This document shows, piece after piece, positions 1-12,096 of a DNA stretch of 61,085 bases; positions within the stretch are counted from its first letter, which is position 1; each line of letters starts with the position of its first letter. Source of the DNA: Octopus bimaculoides (Eukaryota); assembly GCF_001194135.2 (NCBI RefSeq), contig NC_068983.1, positions 44,507,336 through 44,568,420 on the forward strand, read 5' to 3'. The notes beneath the pieces are model-generated. The model saw nothing but the letters and a program-made list of their open reading frames with translations, searched no databases and was not told where the DNA came from. The translations under genes and the position numbers were made by a program.

Positions 1-15
1 TACATATACATATAC

Positions 16-56
<41 letters not shown>

Positions 57-227
57 CACTACACTCTCGGAGTGGTTGGCGTTAGGAAGGGCATCCAGCT
101 GTAGAAACTCTGCCAGATCAGATTGGAACCTGGTGCAGCCATCCGGTTCACCAGTCCTCAGTCAAATCGTCCAACCCATGCAAGCATGGAAAGTGGATGT
201 TAAACGATGATGATGATGATGATGATA

Positions 228-655
228 TATAGCGAGCCACAAGAAGCCAGCACTGTTTTGAATGAGATCTCGCTGGTAGCCATTGCCATGCACGAGACAA
301 GAACGAGATCTCGCCTGCAACTATTTGTCATGCACGAGATGATAACGAGACTCTTGGTGATAACCAGTATTTAAGCAAGAGGACGACATTCTCTCTCTCA
401 CTCTTCTCATGCTCAACACCGAGAAACATTGCAAAGCCAGCAGCTCACAGCATACTCTTGTCTTGCTCTGACTCCACATGCTTATTCTCCAGAGGTAATG
501 AACCTCATGTGTATGGAGTTAAGACAAATCATGTGCTGCTATAAAGATGGTCACTGAGATCAAACCACATAAATGAGAACTCTGTAAATAAACGGCTATT
601 GAATTGAACTCTGCTTGTGAACTTCTTCTTCGTGTTCCAGATCCTTGAAACTACA
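228..655 (+). mobile_element. Possible solo LTR
   Basis: TATAG (about TGTAG) ... CTACA termini, internal short repeats and an AATAAA; no TSD found. Confidence 0.3.
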
Positions 656-841
656 AAAATAATTATAACGGGAGAAGGAGATACTCCACAGGTATCATAA
701 ACCTTCCATTCCATTATAAATATATATGTGTGTGTGTGTGTGTGTGTACATATACATATAATTGTTAAAGAGGACAACAAATGTTAAGGAAAGGCAAACA
801 TCTCAAGTCAATGCATTATAATTAGTGGAAAAAATTCAAAG

Positions 842-895
842 TCTTACAGCTGTTTCTGAGAAATCCCAGAGTATGGGATATTCCATCATCAGAGA
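842..895 (-). ncRNA. Minimal hammerhead ribozyme motif
   Basis: TCT-CTGATGA-stem II (ATCCCA/TGGGAT plus mismatches)-GAAAC-AGCT-GTA-AGA. Confidence 0.65.
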
Positions 896-1120
896 TAAAT
901 AGGGAAAATGAGAAGTGTATAGATTAATGAAATGATGACATAGAGGACAGGAGTTAAAGTCCTGACATTGTAAACATCCAGAAAAAAGACATGAACATAT
1001 CAATGTTCAATAGTAGAATGGTAGTGGAGGTGGCTTTTAAGTGTATCTATACACACACATACATGTTTATGTGTGTGTGTGTATGTGTGTGTATATATGT
1101 ATGTATGTATGTATGGATGG

Positions 1121-1339
1121 ATGGATAGATAGATAGACAGACAGATAGATAGATAGACAGACAGTCAGATAGATAGATAGACGGCCGGACGGACAGATAG
1201 ATAGACAGACAGTCAGATAGATAGATAGATAGATAGATAGACGGACAGATAAATAGATAGACAAACAGACAGTCAGATAGATAGATAGAAAGATAGATAN
1301 NNNNNNNNNACAGATAGATAGATAGACAAACAGACAGTC

Positions 1340-1402
<63 letters not shown>

Positions 1403-1495
1403 TAGATAGATAGATAGATAGATTAGATAGACAGATAGATTAGATAGACAGATAGATTAGATAGACAGATAGATAGATAGATAGATAGATAGTTA
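1121..1495. repeat. (GATA/GACA)n microsatellite
   Basis: Direct observation. Confidence 0.95.
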
Positions 1496-3941
1496 GATAA
1501 AATTACCAACTTGTGCGAAATGAGAAATGAATGTACATAAATACATACATACATACAAACACACACATGCACACACACACACATACATGCATACATAAAT
1601 TCGTACATACATACATACTCACACACATCACATGTGACCAGTGTGATAAAAATGACCAACTTGCATAGTCATTTGTCCAGTGGTAGATTTACAAACTTAA
1701 ATATATTGAAGTAAAGAAAATATAAAGAAACTCAGGTAAATAATATAATTTCAATGGTAACACGAGCTCACACACACACATACACACACATATTGAAATT
1801 AATATAATCTTAGCATTATATTAATTTCAAACACAACTGATTAATCATTGTAAATTGTGATGACAGTGTGAAATTTGAATTAGTGACTGATCTAGAACTT
1901 TGTACAGAAACCCCATCTCCTAAATATCTCTTTCAGCCAGTGTAGATGTAATACATCTTGATAAACTCTGCCTGGTGCAATCTGTACAGGGAGTGGGATG
2001 GAACAAGTAATATTGTGAAGACATTGTAGTCAGGGCCATTACTAAGCCCCTGCAACCCCTACGGTTGCAGGCTCCCCCCCCCCGCGGTTGAGGGGGGGGG
2101 GGCATGTTAAAGTCAAAGTATGTAGATGAGTCATCTATTTACTTTGGTTAAGATGTTGAACAAGGATTAAACTATTTGTAATAGACCTAAATAAATTTTT
2201 AACTTGTACTTTTAAAAATGTTCTTTTTGAATTTCAGATAGAATAAAGTAAAATATAGTTATGGATAAAAGGTGTGTAGATTATGAATTTTGATTGAAGG
2301 GATGGGGCCTCGAAACGAAAAGTTACAGGGGGCCTCTAAAAGTCATGCGACGGGAGCTGATTGTAGGGTAAGAAGAGTCTTTTGTGTTGCTGAGAACATT
2401 ATAATCACTTTGGTATTGGTGCCTGTTAGAATGAACCTTGTAGTTTACAAAGTAGTGGGGGGGGAGTAGGAAGGGCATCAAGTCAGAAAACCATGCTGAA
2501 ATATGGTATATACATGCAAAAAGCACTGGTGCTGTTGCCACAAAAAAAAACCGAGCACACTCTGTGGAGTGGTTGGTGTTAGGAAGGGCATCCAGCTGTA
2601 GAAACCAAGCCAAAAGAAACTATGGAGTCTGGGGTGACTACTGGCCTTACCAGCTCCTGTCAAACTGTCCAACCCATGCCAGCATAGAAAAAGGACGTTA
2701 GATGATGATGATGATGCAAGATCTGGTCCTCAACTCTCAGCATAGGGCATCCAGCTGTAGAACCTCTACCAAATCAGATTGGAGCCTGGTGTAGCCATCT
2801 GGTTCACCAGTCCTCAGTCAAACTGTCCAACCCATGCTAGCATGGAAAGCGGACGTTAAACGATGATGATGATGATATACAATCTGTCTTCCTCCTGAGA
2901 AATCCCCTTCAGATGCTGAGCCCCATGGAAGAGATGACAAAGGACCGGAATGATTGGCAATCTGCTGTGCTTGAGAAAACCTGTCCATCTGAGAAAAACT
3001 GAGGCCCTAAAGGTATGTCGTTTATACCTCTGCCCCAGCATATAATCTGTCCTTGACAAGTCTTTCCCTAACAACTTATCTTCCTTACGTCCCCTCCCTC
3101 CACCTGCATTCTCCTCCCCCTCCATCTTCCACTCTCCTTTCCTGCTCTCACAAACTCACCCACCCACTCACTTATATACACCTCCCTGTAACTTGGGGGT
3201 ACCCATCCTGTTATATCTTCTTAACCATCTTGTCTCTTGCTCCTTAAGTCCCCTATTACTGTCCCCCCTCAGGATTCGTAGTCTTGTATCAACAGTGATG
3301 GTGGTATGAAAAAAATCACCCAGCATGCACTGTAAAGTCGTTGCTGTTAGGAAGGGCATCCAGCTGTAGTAACCATTCCAAAACAGACATTGGAGGACAA
3401 TGCAGTCCTTGGATCCATTGGGTCCTGTCAAAACCATCCAACCTTTGCCAGTATGGAATATGGATGTTAATTGATGACAATGATGGTGATGGCAATGGCA
3501 TATATACTGATTATATAGTTCATATTCATATTATACACAGACCTATAATTGTCCTATCCACACTATGGGCTGCATATACAGTTCCTCAGCCTACAAGAAA
3601 TAGTAGCTGAATCACTCTTACTTAATACTTTACTACCTTAAAACAAAAAAGGATCGACACATCAGATGAAGTAGTCCAAAATACTCTGTATTTGAAAGTT
3701 TTGATAGGATGGTCATGGCTAGAACTGGTTTCAGCATAGAGTTGACCCGAGGAGTTAAACAACAACAACAACAGCAATTGACAACAATAACTTCCATTCT
3801 TCTAGCAGACATTCTAGGTTTCTTTAATCAGACATTGGAATCATATTTGAGGTTTTAGCTTTTTGGTCAAATTTCAATTCCTATTTAGAGATAAGAGAAT
3901 AAAAGACATACTGTGGTAGCAAATTAAATGGTTACACTTAC

Positions 3942-3999
3942 CAACTCTATGGAACTTCTCAAATTGGCAGCACCAACGTGAAGGATTACTTTCTTTATT
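3942..3999 (-). CDS. NPL: N-acetylneuraminate lyase (DHDPS family) internal exon, IKKVILHVGAANLRSSIEL; acceptor is non-canonical (CAA)
   Basis: About 10/19 identity to human LDQVIIHVGALSLKESQEL (from memory). GTAAGT donor directly after EL. The 58-nt length equals the recalled human exon. No other NPL exons were found. Confidence 0.7.
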
Positions 4000-4025
4000 T
4001 TGTTAATATGAAAAAGATAAAATTT

Positions 4026-4275
4026 AATACATACATGCATGTAACTACGCACACAGGCACACATACAAACATACATACAAATGTGCACATATGCATATAT
4101 GCATGCATTTATGCATACATACATACATGCATGCATACATACATCCACCCATACATACATGCATGCATACATCTATATATACATAATACATACATCTATA
4201 CATCCATCCATAGATACATGCATCCATCCATCCATACATGCATGCATACAAATCTGCCCATACATACATGTATAT
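4026..4275. repeat. (CATA/CATG/CATC)n degenerate tetranucleotide tract
   Basis: Direct observation. Confidence 0.9.
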
Positions 4276-4881
4276 AAACATATTTCTTTCTGAGAGCCAT
4301 CTCTATTGCCTGACAGGTTTTACTTTTAGCCCAGCTGGGTTCCTAGAAATCCTCCTCACTAGTATAGGTTCAATGACTGTTTAGCCCTCAGAAGTTCTGG
4401 GTTCGTGTCTGGCATGTTCAAAGACCACTGTGAGTGAGGCACCCGTCAGCTTTTGTTAAAGCATGTCTCAAGGAGAAGGTCACTCAAATATAAAACCAAA
4501 CATGCAGCAAATGGCATTGAACATTTCGGGGATCTTTTGTTTCCATTTGAGATCAGTGCTCCCACATTCTGGAGCCTACAACCCTTTGTTGTCACTGGAT
4601 TATATCAAGATTGAGAAGGTCTGTGAGGTGTTGTGCAAGCCTTATTGAACCTAAAATTTTAGGCTGAGCAATTGCTGACGAGGTAACTATCCAGTACCTT
4701 TTCAAGTAGGGTGGCACTGTGGTGAGCATGAAAGCCATGGACACAAAGCCGGGTGAAGCTGACTGTTGGTGCAATAGCTTCAGGCATGAGCAATGCTAGC
4801 ATTTTGTATGGGCAAATGGTCAGATGGTCAGTGATGGTCTTCTTTGGTCATGAGTGGACAGCCATCACATATATATACACA

Positions 4882-5093
4882 TACGAGGGGGTGCTGAAAA
4901 TTCTTGGCTTTAAGGGTGTCGCGAAAGGCCCGGTTGAGGGCCCAACCATCTGAGTTCTTTTACAGGGCTTCGAAAGAACTAAAGGGCTGCTGCAATAAGT
5001 GTGTGAATCTGAGATGAAAACATGTTGAATAAAATCATAATTAATTGATCCTTCAGTATTTTCTTTTATCCAAATCCAGGAACTTTTCAGCAC
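4882..5093. mobile_element. Internally deleted mariner-like element/MITE
   Basis: TIRs GTGCTGAAAA(G)TTC(C/T)TGG ... CCAGGAACTTTTCAGCAC; 5' end TACGAGGG; interior resembles a mariner C-terminus (NKCVNLR*KHVE*). Confidence 0.65.
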
Positions 5094-5791
5094 GACGTTT
5101 TTTTTTCTTCTTTTTTTTTAGGAAAAATAAAGTGAAAAACTAACGGAAAAACATGAAATCAACAAAAAATTAACTGTTTTAAAATTCCCTATTTAATGTC
5201 GAAATCATTTAAAATAAATAGCTTAAGGGAGATAACTTTAAAGCTTACTTTATAATTCTATTACGTAAGTTACTTCCCTTGATAAAATTATTTATTGACG
5301 AAATATCGAAATCACCGAAGAAGGTCCAAATAATGAGCGAAGGAGAAAAAAACATATTTGTCGGTGGAAGTGCGGAATTATTTGAGAATCGAACAAAATA
5401 CTTTACTGCATTCAGCTACATTCCTTTGCGTTTCGAGTTCAAATTCAGCAGGAGTGGAATCGTGGGTCTCGATGTGATCTTATATTCCTTCCCTAAAATG
5501 TATGGCTGTGTGGTTAAGAAGCATTGTTTTGGTGAGCAGACCAACAATCCCCTCTGATCGGAGGGGAACTGGAGCAATGTGAAATTAAGTGTTTTGCTCA
5601 AGAATACAACGCGCCGCCCAGTCACGGAATCGAACACACGATCGTGAGTGCATCATCACTCACGATCCTTCTCAGTGAGTACGGTTTACTATTCACGAGT
5701 TCAGATTTTCTTCTTTGTCATGCAATTCCATCCAAGTCAGTAGTATATGTTGAAACCAAAAGTTCTGTTCGAGAACCATCCTGCAAATATT

Positions 5792-6660
5792 TGTAACGTA
5801 CTTCTCTCTCTCTCTGTTATATATACACAAATACGGACGTAGTAGATAACAGCTAACCTTCGGCCGCGCTTTTGAACCTGCTATGTCCACCACTCTGATT
5901 GGTTGGTATTGACGCATTTTGTCTCTTACTCTATTTCGCGCCAACATGCAACCCAACCAATCGCAGCCTTCAGATAAGGTCACATGAGACAGTATTTTCT
6001 AAGCTTCTGGTGAGCCGAGAGAATATTATAAATAGCTAGTTTTCCACCGTCACAGTTTGTCAGTCTTTTCGGCTCTAGACCTTCTGACCACAGAGTACAC
6101 AGCCAGTTCCAGCGACGACACAACCCACATGGAGACGCAACACTTCGTCAAGCATTCAGGAACTCCATCCTCGTCGCTACCATCATCTTCTCAACTACAC
6201 CAACTTCATCTCTCTACGTACTCAGCACCCGCACAGGTTCTATCACCTCACTGTTTGTGAATTACTTTACCATGGTTAACAGCGAATACAACCTATACCA
6301 AGTAACTGGCCGCAGCATTGAAGTCTCAACTTCTTATTAGACATATGCCTATTCCCGGCTCTGCATTGTCGCCACAACTTCTTGTTACAGCACCTCAACC
6401 ACTGTGTACCTTGAATACGAACTGGTATTTCTCATCCTTGTGTCTGGACTTTCTTCTAACGTCCTTATAGACTCTTTTCTATGCTCTGTATTTCTCGTAT
6501 ACACATACACTTTGTTTGCATGACAGCCTGTCTATTATTGTGTTTATATGTTACACATAGACACATAAGTTGACATATCAATAAAATCTTCTCTTAAAAC
6601 CTTCTACCGGTTGTGTCTCTCTTTTTCCATTGGCACTTATACTCATTTATCCTCTTTACA
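5792..6660 (+). mobile_element. Solo LTR (TG...CA) with 4-bp TSD TATT
   Basis: Begins TGTAAC and ends TTTACA; TATT at 5788-5791 and 6661-6664; internal CCAAT boxes and an AATAAA near the 3' end. Confidence 0.65.
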
Positions 6661-6981
6661 TATTTTTATTTGTATCGACCGTGTGATGTGCTAAAGGAGC
6701 CATTCCACGTCACCTCTCCTGGTCGCACGGTCGTTACATATTTCTTTGCCTCTCTCTATCTATCTATCTATTTCTCCTTCCATCCCCCTTCTCTCTCTCA
6801 AACACACACACACACAGGTATTTGTAGAAAATTTCAGATTTAGTCAAACTGATTCGCAAAATGTTTTTTTTTTTAACAGGAAGTAAAAAATTTGAAAATC
6901 GGCTATAATAATGTAGTTTTCCTGTCTTATTACTATGAATATATGATGTGGAGAAAAAGATTGGAGGAAAATGTTACAGAG

Positions 6982-8632
6982 TGTAGTAACGCCTGCGCAT
7001 GCGTAGTCTTACGCATGCGTAAAATTAAACAAGCAAGCGTCTCCCGCTCAATTCATTCTCGTTCACGCTGGCCAGCGATTGANNNNNNNNNNNNNNNNNN
7101 NNNNNNNNNNNNNNNNNNNNNNNNNNNNNNNNNNNNNNNNNNNNNNNNNNNNNNNNNNNNNNNNNNNNNNNNNNNNNNNNNNNNNNNNNNNNNNNNNNNN
7201 NNNNNNNNNNNNNNNNNNNNNNNNNNNNNNNNNNNNNNNNNNNNNNNNNNNNNNNNNNNNNNNNNNNNNNNNNNNNNNNNNNNNNNNNNNNNNNNNNNNN
7301 NNNNNNNNNNNNNNNNNNNNNNNNNNNNNNNNNNNNNNNNNNNNNNNNNNNNNNNNNNNNNNNNNNNNNNNNNNNNNNNNNNNNNNNNNNNNNNNNNNNN
7401 NNNNNNNNNNNNNNNNNNNNNNNNNNNNNNNNNNNNNNNNNNNNNNNNNNNNNNNNNNNNNNNNNNNNNNNNNNNNNNNNNNNNNNNNNNNNNNNNNNNN
7501 NNNNNNNNNNNNNNNNNNNNNNNNNNNNNNNNNNNNNNNNNNNNNNNNNNNNNNNNNNNNNNNNNNNNNNNNNNNNNNNNNNNNNNNNNNNNNNNNNNNN
7601 NNNNNNNNNNNNNNNNNNNNNNNNNNNNNNNNNNNNNNNNNNNNNNNNNNNNNNNNNNNNNNNNNNNNNNNNNNNNNNNNNNNNNNNNNNNNNNNNNNNN
7701 NNNNNNNNNNNNNNNNNNNNNNNNNNNNNNNNNNNNNNNNNNNNNNNNNNNNNNNNNNNNNNNNNNNNNNNNNNNNNNNNNNNNNNNNNNNNNNNNNNNN
7801 NNNNNNNNNNNNNNNNNNNNNNNNNNNNNNNNNNNNNNNNNNNNNNNNNNNNNNNNNNNNNNNNNNNNNNNNNNNNNNNNNNNNNNNNNNNNNNNNNNNN
7901 NNNNNNNNNNNNNNNNNNNNNNNNNNNNNNNNNNNNNNNNNNNNNNNNNNNNNNNNNNNNNNNNNNNNNNNNNNNNNNNNNNNNNNNNNNNNNNNNNNNN
8001 NNNNNNNNNNNNNNNNNNNNNNNNNNNNNNNNNNNNNNNNNNNNNNNNNNNNNNTTTCAGGGAAAACAAACTCTCAGACTTTTACATCGCGTGATTCCAG
8101 TATTCCTGGACAGTTGTCATCACGGTTGTTTTGTCATTGTCATTTCATTTATACGTTGCATGCATGTATTTCACAAGTGTACATTTCATTTCTTTGAATT
8201 TTCTTTGTGTGTGTTTGTACGACATCTTGTGGGTGGTTTTTCAGTGGTCATCCTGCCTCAGGCGTTCTAACAGATTTTATTTATCGTGCGTTTCCGCTCT
8301 GGCGAGGGAGCTCTGTAGTAACGCCTGCGCATGCGTAGTCTTACGCATGCGTAAAATTAAACAAGCAAGCGTCTCCCGCTCAATTCATTCTCTTTCACGC
8401 TGGCCAGCGATTGAGCATGGACGTGTGTTTAAAAGCTGTCTCTACATCTTTCGGTCTTATACTCGACAGCTCGTTATTCTCACCTCTAAAGATGTATAAC
8501 TAAAAGATATGTATGTTTATCACCTAAGTAAATGTTGTTTAGTCTGGAGTTCAGCGTTCCGTCGATTTCTTTAATTTTTTAGTAGAAAGTCAGGTATACA
8601 ATCTAAAGATGTATAACCCACTTTCTACTAAA
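6982..8632 (+). mobile_element. Two-LTR retroelement spanning a gap (TRIM-like if the gap size is right); 3' LTR at 8314-8632
   Basis: Near-identical LTR starts TGTAGTAACGCC at 6982 and 8314; end TACTAAA (about TACTACA); TSD AGAG at 6978-6981 and 8633-8636; purine-rich GAGGGAG just before the 3' LTR. Confidence 0.65.
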
Positions 8633-11600
8633 AGAGGTTTAAAAATGGAAAGAACTGTGTATTTTTAGCCAATAGCGAGACAAAAATTTACTGCGTTTAG
8701 CGAAGCGGTGTCAACTTTAAGATTGCACCCTGTGAAATTTATAGTTTAGCATCTGTGAAATGACCTGTTCATTGTAGGTTTCTAAATAAACAGAAATACC
8801 TAATAAAATCAACATGTATCATCTTATTGTTTCTTTTGTCTCTTCATTGATTGTATGTTTTTATTATTTTTTAAATTTGTTATATTCATACATTTGTCTG
8901 CTTTATGCGTATTTCAGTATTATGTATACCTGTCATGTATTTGTACATCATTGATACGTAAGCGTATGTGTGTGTGTGAAAAGGGGGCGTCTGTCTCCAA
9001 AACCTCAAAGTTGAGTAACGTTTTCATACTTGGATTTGTAAGCTACGATAAGAATAACACTAGTAAACAAAGAATTTCTTCCAAGCGAAAGAATACCTGT
9101 ATCTCATGTTTTTGCATGCAGAATTAAAAAAATGTCAGATTATTTGTATCGCACACAGTTTCTCTGTTCCACAATATCCCTCAGTTTCTGTTACGAAAGC
9201 TAAATTTCAGTTAAGCTGTTGAAATGTGAAGCTAACAGTTTAAGAAATACTCCTAATTTAAATGTTTATGAATAGAATTAACCTAGTGAAATCATAAATT
9301 CAGCTATCTGAGTCAATGAGTCCCTGAAGTTTGGCAATATGAATCACCAATGCTACTGTGCTTGAAGTGTAGGTGTGCGGTTGTGTGCTAAGTTCACATA
9401 TTACATTCACCTTCATAATGCCAAGAAACTGTATAAACATCGCAAACAACTTTTGCTATATATGTAAAATACTAAGACAATTGACGAAAGATATCTATAA
9501 TAAAATTCTAATTGATAAATAAATTTTTATTAAAAGAAAACGCGCGAGAAGTAAATCTCATGGTGTGAAGAATCAACGCTTGCGGGTGTGTTGAACCACA
9601 ACACAACGTGCGGTTGTCGTAGTAACCAATTGTTAATGCCACGCTGTCTGTTGATTGGTTAAAATTACCCAAATTTCCCAACTTTAATTCCAAATAACAC
9701 CAGATTCTTTAATTTACGAGATAGAATAATTGGTTGATCGTAATCAAAATTCAGAGTTGCTTCGATACACCAAAATTGAAAGCAGTCTGAGCTAAATTAA
9801 AGGGGGCTCATTTTGCGAATGAAACTTACTATATCCAAAATGTCATTAAAATTACCCATTTTCTAAAACAAAACTGACTCGTGTGAATTTTCCTAAGCTC
9901 TTCACCTCATCCTCGGAAAAAAATTTTTCACAGCANNNNNNNNNNNNNNNNNNNNNNNNNNNNNNNNNNNNNNNNNNNNNNNNNNNNNNNNNNNNNNNNN
10001 NNNNNNNNNNNNNNNNNNNNNNNNNNNNNNNNNNNNNNNNNNNNNNNNNNNNNNNNNNNNNNNNNNNNNNNNNNNNNNNNNNNNNNNNNNNNNNNNNNNN
10101 NNNNNNNNNNNNNNNNNNNNNNNNNNNNNNNNNNNNNNNNNNNNNNNNNNNNNNNNNNNNNNNNNNNNNNNNNNNNNNNNNNNNNNNNNNNNNNNNNNNN
10201 NNNNNNNNNNGACAGACCTTTCGATATCCTGGTGTCTGTAGGAAAGCTAATTTAAATAAAAGGGGTCCTTGGTAGAGAAGAGGTTGGAAACCACTGACGT
10301 AGAGGAACGTTTGAGTATAAGATAAAAACAAAACAAAAAACGCTTTATGCTATTTAGCTACAACTGCTTTCGCTCTGAGTTCAAATTTCAACTTTGTTTT
10401 TCATCCTCCCAGAATCGATAAATAAAGTGCCAGTTAAGTACTGGCTAATTTAATTAGCTTGACAGACCCTCAGCCCCAAAATTTCCAGATTTGTGAAGGT
10501 TAGAAGCAATTGTTATGCAGGGGAGGTGACTCGTACCCGGTGTCGAAAGATTAAAGGGACGTAACTACCTAACCACCGGTGTAAGTGATTGTTGTCAACC
10601 AACGACGCGATCACCTCGTTCTCAATTAATATGGTTATGTTATAATATATTATTACAATCGCCTTTATTAATAACCTGTAAGTGATATATTTTAGCTGAC
10701 AGCTCAAAGTTTCCAGAATTGTTGTGTTTTTTATCTTGTAAATGCTGTCCTCGGTGAGTAAGATTTTCTATTCGCGAATGCTGCATTTTCATTTTTATTC
10801 CTTGTCATGTAATTCCATCCATGTCAGCAGTTAGTGTTGAAACCGAAAGTTCTGTTCGAGAACCATCTTGCAATATTTCTTTGCTTTACACACTCATCTG
10901 TAAGTTAGAAATTTATTCTCTTAGTTATTATTCCTAGTTTCTCTTTTCCAACACATTTAAAATTTAGTTATACCATCCAATCTCTCAAACATTTCGTTTC
11001 CTTATTTAGTCAAGTCAATGTTGACAAGTTTCATCAATTAGCACCACCCTCACACTTCCTGAACACCATTCTTTAAAGATCTATAACATCTACTGTATTT
11101 TGCTTAACATATGTTAATATCTTCATTGTGTTCTTGTTTTTCGGGACTATATATATATATATNNNNNNNNNNNNNNNNNNNNNNNNNNNNNNNNNNNNNN
11201 NNNNNNNNNNNNNNNNNNNNNNNNNNNNNNNNNNNNNNNNNNNNNNNNNNNNNNNNNNNNNNNNNNNNNNNNNNNNNNNNNNNNNNNNNNNNNNNNNNNN
11301 NNNNNNNNNNNNNNNNNNNNNNNNNNNNNNNNNNNNNNNNNNNNNNNNNNNNNNNNNNNNNNNNNNNNNNNNNNNNNNNNNNNNNNNNNNNNNNNNNNNN
11401 NNNNNNNNNNNNNNNNNNNNNNNNNNNNNNNNNNNNNNNNNNNNNNNNNNNNNNNNNNNNNNNNNNNNNNNNNNNNNNNNNNNNNNNNNNNNNNNNNNNN
11501 NNNNNNNNNNNNNNNNNNNNNNNNNNNNNNNNNNNNNNNNNNNNNNNNNNNNNNNNNNNNNNNNNNNNNNNNNNNNNNNNNNNNNNNNNNNNNNNNNNNN

Positions 11601-11859
11601 NNNNNNNNNNNNNNNNNNNNNNNNNNNNNNNNNNNNNNNNNNNNNNNNNNNNNNNNNNNNNNNNNNGTTCAGTCCTTTATTAATTTATAAACAGTATATA
11701 GTTGTTTTTTGTTGTTTTTTTTTTAATCATTTCATTGCACTCTTGCAAAATCTTCAGTAACTTGTCTCTCCACTATATACTGTTTATAAATTAATAAAGG
11801 ACTGAACCAGTGCGTATGTTTATTACCGGCATAATGCCTCTCCCAAGGTTTATATATAT

Positions 11860-12000
11860 ATATAAAACCATGTGATTCCACCCACCTCGACCAGCAAAGG
11901 AAACATTACTCGACATAAACCATACGTAACCATCGATGCATTCTTCCAATTTGCAGATTTACATAGAACACGCTAGATCGTAGTGACGTGTCTAAGAAAG
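11860..12000 (+). promoter_or_regulatory. Probable SKIV2L promoter/5' UTR; CRE-like TGACGTG at 11984-11990
   Basis: Local CpG enrichment immediately upstream of the ATG. Confidence 0.35.
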
Positions 12001-12096
12001 ATGTTCGATCTTCTTGAAACCGGTACTTGTGGCCGGGTGGAAGTTATTCCCGAACAAAATCGAAATGCAAACAGGGTCCCTCTACCCCTGAAAACC
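12001..12096 (+). CDS. SKIV2L: SKIV2L coding exon 1 (MFDLLETGTCGRVEVIPEQNRNANRVPLPLKT)
   Basis: ATG in CpG-rich context and GTAAGT donor at 12097. Phase 0 joins exon 2 (LPFGLP). Resembles the SKIV2L N-terminus (ELGCTGHWEL, from memory). Confidence 0.75.

Noticed and set aside
1937-2006. Possible + strand exon (SVDVIHLDKLCLVQSVQGVGWNK)
   Set aside because: Has AG/GT-like ends, but no recognisable homology and no partner exons.
4674-4700. CTGACGA followed by a GGTA/TACC stem
   Set aside because: No GAAA after the stem, so not a hammerhead.
5279-5557. + strand 92-aa ORF containing KNIFVGG, similar to NPL KNIFVNG
   Set aside because: Wrong strand and order relative to the NPL exon, with no further similarity; judged chance.
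6892-8197. Long ORFs spanning N runs (also near 11.1, 36.7 and 38.3 kb)
   Set aside because: Artefacts of translating assembly gaps.
9540-9935. CpG/CCAAT-rich stretch resembling a DNA-transposon end or a promoter
   Set aside because: No matching TIR or partner sequence visible; cannot be assigned.
10211-10296. hAT-like right end (AGGTTGGAAACCACTG)
   Set aside because: The left end is in a gap, so TIR pair and TSD cannot be verified; not called.
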